Assembly (NCBI GenBank): GCA_963667725.2
Contig: CAXXHO010000003.1
Coordinates: forward strand, 1,728,001-1,792,000
Source of the DNA: Treponemataceae bacterium
Lineage (GTDB): Bacteria; Spirochaetota; Spirochaetia; Treponematales; Rectinemataceae
Direction: 5' to 3'
Length of the DNA: 64,000 nt
Both the position numbers and the translations under genes were made by a program. Every line of letters begins with the position of its first letter. The first letter of the stretch is position 1. The notes under the pieces were generated by a model, which saw nothing but the letters and a program-made list of their open reading frames with translations, was not told the DNA's origin and did not search any database. Below, in pieces: positions 57,241 through 64,000 of this stretch.

Positions 57241-60396
<3,156 letters not shown>

Positions 60397-60430
60397 ACAA
60401 GGCTTGTTCCAGATCGGCAATATTCCTGGC

Positions 60431-61501
60431 TTAGGGCAGTTTTCCCTCAAGCCAGGAAGCTTTCAACAAGCCCCCGAGTTCCTTCCACGGAAGGACGAAG
60501 GTAAAATCCCCGAACGAATAGGGGGCCAGCTGGTAGCGGTCGAAATGGAATCCCACGCCGCTCTCGCAGAGGAAAATATTGGCCGAGGGAATGATCTCGT
60601 CCTCGAAGAACCCATAATCGACCAACGACATCTCTCCCCCTTGCCCTTCTTTCGCGCCCGACAGCAATCGCAGCGCCTCATCCCTCAGCTTGCCGGCGAC
60701 GGGAAGCTTCCATCCCTCCGCGAACAGATCGTCGGAGGACAGAATTTTCCCGCTGTCCATATCGATCATATCGATGAGCATCGCGGTATTGCCGTGGGCG
60801 CCGCCCTCGAAGACGTACCGTTCGGTGGCTATGGAATAGATGGACGAGAAACCCGATATGAAGTATTGGCGCTCGACGAATGCGGAGGGCCACTCCATGC
60901 CCTCGGGGATCGAAGCGCGGCTTTTTTTAAAATCGGCCCAGCGGTCCCTGGCGTAATCGGCGGGACTTTTGCCTCGGCGCAGCAGCCTGTCCAGAATCAG
61001 GCTTGACGATGGCGAGGTTCCACGCAGGGATTCCACATGAAAAAACGACTGGCGCTGATCCCCGGCGCCGTCTTCTATGGAAAGCGGCAAAAAGAGCCGT
61101 CCGAGCGGGGAGAGAACGCGGGCCTTCCCTTCCATCATGCCCGAATGGACTTCTATTCCCATCGCCAGCTTCCCACGTTCCACAAGTTTGACATCGCCGG
61201 CAAGGGCTTCCGCGCCTTCGAGACGCAGTGTCCGGCTTCCGCCGAAAAAGCCGTATATTTCTTTTTCCGGCCATTCAAAAAAGCCCCAGGCATCGTTGCC
61301 CGACCTCTGCGAAACAAGGGAGATCCCCTGTTCCGGCGAAGAGAACCAAGTCACCGAGCCGCTCCTTTTATTCAGCCCGGAAGCGATGTCGACTCGTTGA
61401 CCTATGGCCAAAGCCGATAGCGCCACCGCCGCAGCCAAGGCGATCAAGCAGGGAAGGAGGAATCCGAGCGCCATCGCGCGCGATGCGGACTTCATATCCA
61501 C
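60431..61501 (-). CDS. Exported DUF3298/RsiV-like protein
   Basis: N-terminal hydrophobic segment; Y.FEGGAHGN, G..L...DLF, F..YQLAPYS.G. Confidence 0.75.
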   Translation of the reverse strand: MDMKSASRAMALGFLLPCLIALAAAVALSALAIGQRVDIASGLNKRSGSVTWFSSPEQGISLVSQRSGNDAWGFFEWPEKEIYGFFGGSRTLRLEGAEALAGDVKLVERGKLAMGIEVHSGMMEGKARVLSPLGRLFLPLSIEDGAGDQRQSFFHVESLRGTSPSSSLILDRLLRRGKSPADYARDRWADFKKSRASIPEGMEWPSAFVERQYFISGFSSIYSIATERYVFEGGAHGNTAMLIDMIDMDSGKILSSDDLFAEGWKLPVAGKLRDEALRLLSGAKEGQGGEMSLVDYGFFEDEIIPSANIFLCESGVGFHFDRYQLAPYSFGDFTFVLPWKELGGLLKASWLEGKLP

Positions 61502-61754
61502 ACCCCCAGTTTTTCGGTTCGAGCGCGCATCTTCATAGAGGTTAATTTATGCATGAAAAGGTATGCCAATACTGTTCGCTCCTAATTTCCGTGATATAAT
61601 TATCGGATGGAGGAGAGATATACTTTGTCTTTCCTTGCTGCGGATGTCGATATTATTAACGGAAGCAACGTTAGATTTCGACAAATACCGGTGGACGATG
61701 ACCATTTTACGGTTTATCATGGAATCAGAATAATAATATAGCAGGAGGACATCT

Positions 61755-64000
61755 ATGCATAAAGGCAATAAGCCTTTTGTCGTTGTGATGGCAATACTTA
61801 TCATGGTATTTGCTTCATGCGCGACAAAGCCGACGGAGACAAAACCGGAAACGGTTCCCGAAGTCACGACGACGACGGTAGCCGCGCCCATTCCGGAAGT
61901 AGTACCCGCAGTAACCGTCACCACGGTTGCTGTAGAGCCAACCACAGTCGTCCAGCCTTCAGTTTCCGAAATTGAGCTCAGGAATCTTTTCGGGCAGGCC
62001 AACTCTCTCAAGATGGATGTAGCCCGCTATGATATCCCCAGAGTGCTTCCGGATGCCTTCAAGACCGTTGATGACGATTTTGCGGCCATCAAGACCGCCT
62101 ACGACTCGACGATGGACGAAGTGAGCTACGATGGCGTGAAAGCCTATCCGATCAAGGCTCGGCTGGAAAAATCCATCGCTTCCTGGGAATCCCTGATCGC
62201 GGAAGGAATGCCTCTCCGCGTCGAGGAAGAAAGCGACAAAACCACGGACATGAAATTCGCCGCCATCAGCGCCGAGGCGCCCGAACTGGCCAGCGAACGA
62301 TTCCAGGGTTCGGAAGAACTTCTCAGCGAGGCCGATGCCCTTGCCGAAGGCAAAGAATATTCGATGGCTATTCCCGCTTATCAGCAGACCGCCGCCGGAT
62401 TCGACGTAGCCGCGGAAAAGGCCAAGGCCAACAAGATCCGCGAAAAGATTTTTGCCAATGGCTACGCGAAATACGCTGACAGCAACTTCCAGATCGCCGA
62501 AAACAAATACAAGGCTGAAGAGGAACTTTGGACCTCCGGCTCGCTCGAAGACCTGAAAGCCGGCGCCCAGACCTTGAGGGAAGCCAATGATTACTACGAA
62601 TTCGTCGCCGCCACCGGCGCCGAGTACAAGTCTTTCGAAGGAAAGGACAGCGCCCTTCAGGCACAGGAAAAAGCCCTTTCCATCAAGGCCGACGTCAATG
62701 CCCCGGAACAGTATTCTTCCGCCAACGACATTCTGAGCGAAGCGATGGCCAACCAGGAAAAGGGAGACTATGAAAGCGCCTACCTCTGGTTCGGCGACGC
62801 GACCGAAGCCTATGGCGGCGCCTACGATGCAGCGATGAGCCTGCAGTCGGAGAACGAGGGAGCCATAGCGACGGCCGAGGCAGCCGTTTTGGCCAGTGAG
62901 CAGAAATCCGACGCTTCGGGAATCGAAGGCAACGTATACCTGCCTGAAGCCAAGTCTTATCTGGAAAACGCCAAGGCCCAGTCCGAGGAGATGCTTTTCG
63001 CCGATTCCACGGTCAACGCCAACGAAGCGGTCAACTACGCCGTCATGTCGGATAACTATATCGACAGCGAGCAGAAGAAGGCCGCCGAAGCCGAAGCCAA
63101 GGCTCTGCAGGACGCGAAAGCCCTGACCGATCCCGCCATGGCCGACGCCAGGACGCGAATGGCCTGGGCGGAGAACAACGAGATCAAGGCCGACTATCCC
63201 GAGCAGTACAAGCAAGCCGACGCCGCCATGAAGGCAGCCGAGATGGCCTACGCGAACGAGAAATACGTTCCCGCGAAGGATCTGGCCGGCGAAGTGTCCA
63301 CCACGCTGTCCGACGACTTCCAGAAGCAGGTGCTCGCCGACAGGGACGCAGCCGCCGCCGAAAAGGCCAGCATCGAAGCCGAAAAGGCCAGACTGGCCGC
63401 CGAGAAAGCGGAAGCCGATCCCGCCATGGCCGACGCCAGGACGCGCATGGCCTGGGCCGAGAACAACGAGATCAAGGCCGACTATCCCGAGCAGTACAAG
63501 CAATCCGACGCCGCTATGAAAGCCGCCGAGATGGCCTACGCGAATGAGAAATACGTTCCCGCGAAGGATCTGGCCGGCGAAGTGTCCACCACGCTATCGG
63601 ATGATTTCCAGAAGCAGGTGCTCGCCGACAGGGACGCAGCCGCCGCCGAAAAGGCCAGCATCGAAGCCGAAAAGGCCAGAATCGAAGCTGAGAGGGCCAG
63701 ACTTGCCGCCGAGAAAGTGGCCACCGATAGCGCCATGGCCGACGCTCAGAACAGAATGGCCTGGGCCAACGAGAACGGCATAAAAGAAGAGTATCCCAAC
63801 GAGTACCAGGGCGCGTCCAAAGCCATGGTCGACGCATTCGTTTCCTACGGCAAGGAAGACTATGATACGGCCACCGGAAAGGCCAAGGAAGTTTCCTCCA
63901 TCCTTTCCGATGATTTCCAGAATGCGGTGATGGCCGAGAAAAAGGCCGCCGAGGAAGAAAAAGCCAGACTGGCCGCCGAGAAAGCGGAAGCCGATCCCGC
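61755..64000 (+). CDS. Large alpha-helical repeat lipoprotein, TmpB-like (3' end runs off window)
   Basis: AGGAGG RBS; MHKGNKPFVVVMAILIMVFASC lipobox; Thr/Pro/Val-rich tether; frame reads open to the window end; missed by the ORF track because there is no stop. Confidence 0.85.
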   Translation, partial: MHKGNKPFVVVMAILIMVFASCATKPTETKPETVPEVTTTTVAAPIPEVVPAVTVTTVAVEPTTVVQPSVSEIELRNLFGQANSLKMDVARYDIPRVLPDAFKTVDDDFAAIKTAYDSTMDEVSYDGVKAYPIKARLEKSIASWESLIAEGMPLRVEEESDKTTDMKFAAISAEAPELASERFQGSEELLSEADALAEGKEYSMAIPAYQQTAAGFDVAAEKAKANKIREKIFANGYAKYADSNFQIAENKYKAEEELWTSGSLEDLKAGAQTLREANDYYEFVAATGAEYKSFEGKDSALQAQEKALSIKADVNAPEQYSSANDILSEAMANQEKGDYESAYLWFGDATEAYGGAYDAAMSLQSENEGAIATAEAAVLASEQKSDASGIEGNVYLPEAKSYLENAKAQSEEMLFADSTVNANEAVNYAVMSDNYIDSEQKKAAEAEAKALQDAKALTDPAMADARTRMAWAENNEIKADYPEQYKQADAAMKAAEMAYANEKYVPAKDLAGEVSTTLSDDFQKQVLADRDAAAAEKASIEAEKARLAAEKAEADPAMADARTRMAWAENNEIKADYPEQYKQSDAAMKAAEMAYANEKYVPAKDLAGEVSTTLSDDFQKQVLADRDAAAAEKASIEAEKARIEAERARLAAEKVATDSAMADAQNRMAWANENGIKEEYPNEYQGASKAMVDAFVSYGKEDYDTATGKAKEVSSILSDDFQNAVMAEKKAAEEEKARLAAEKAEADP
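63127..64000 (+). repeat. Intragenic tandem repeats of about 89-103 codons
   Basis: Units start with CCGAT(C/A)(C/G)CGC at 63127, 63415, 63724 and 63991; the first two are nearly identical. Confidence 0.9.

Noticed and set aside
63127..64000. Long direct repeats as a CRISPR array or mobile-element ends
   Set aside because: Units are 267-309 nt, in frame within a lipoprotein CDS, with no spacers or cas genes.

Overview
GC-rich bacterial chromosomal segment, most likely from a free-living spirochaete (inferred from the rpsP-khpA-rimM-trmD-rplS-yraN order followed by two small hypothetical genes, a type-2 IleRS and a TmpB-like repeat lipoprotein). About 60 CDSs were identified. No rRNA, tRNA, CRISPR array, integrase or transposase was recognised. 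Housekeeping genes include pepP, rel, prmC, prfA, serS, murQ/murR, the rpsP-rplS operon, dus, fadD and ileS. Accessory content: (i) a 16.4-kb, co-oriented catabolic cluster of a regulator plus 16 genes (30149-46547). It joins an AbgT importer, an atypical enolase-superfamily enzyme, amidohydrolases, an M42 peptidase, RidA and a creatininase-family enzyme to a four-subunit 2-oxoacid:ferredoxin oxidoreductase, a 4-hydroxybutyryl-CoA-dehydratase homologue with substituted catalytic residues, and thiolase/Hbd/crotonase. This is the best candidate for an undescribed pathway. (ii) Two paralogous five-gene LolCDE/LolA-like envelope cassettes, one preceded by a promoter, a structured ~230-nt leader and an intrinsic terminator (candidate orphan riboswitch). 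(iii) A lipoprotein gene bracketed by an intact greA/greB-like gene and a diverged remnant of its 3' end. (iv) A ~150-nt imperfect palindrome after serS. (v) Many genes whose sigma70-type -10 box lies 6-7 nt from the start codon (leaderless mRNAs). All family assignments come from motif recognition by eye, not database searches.
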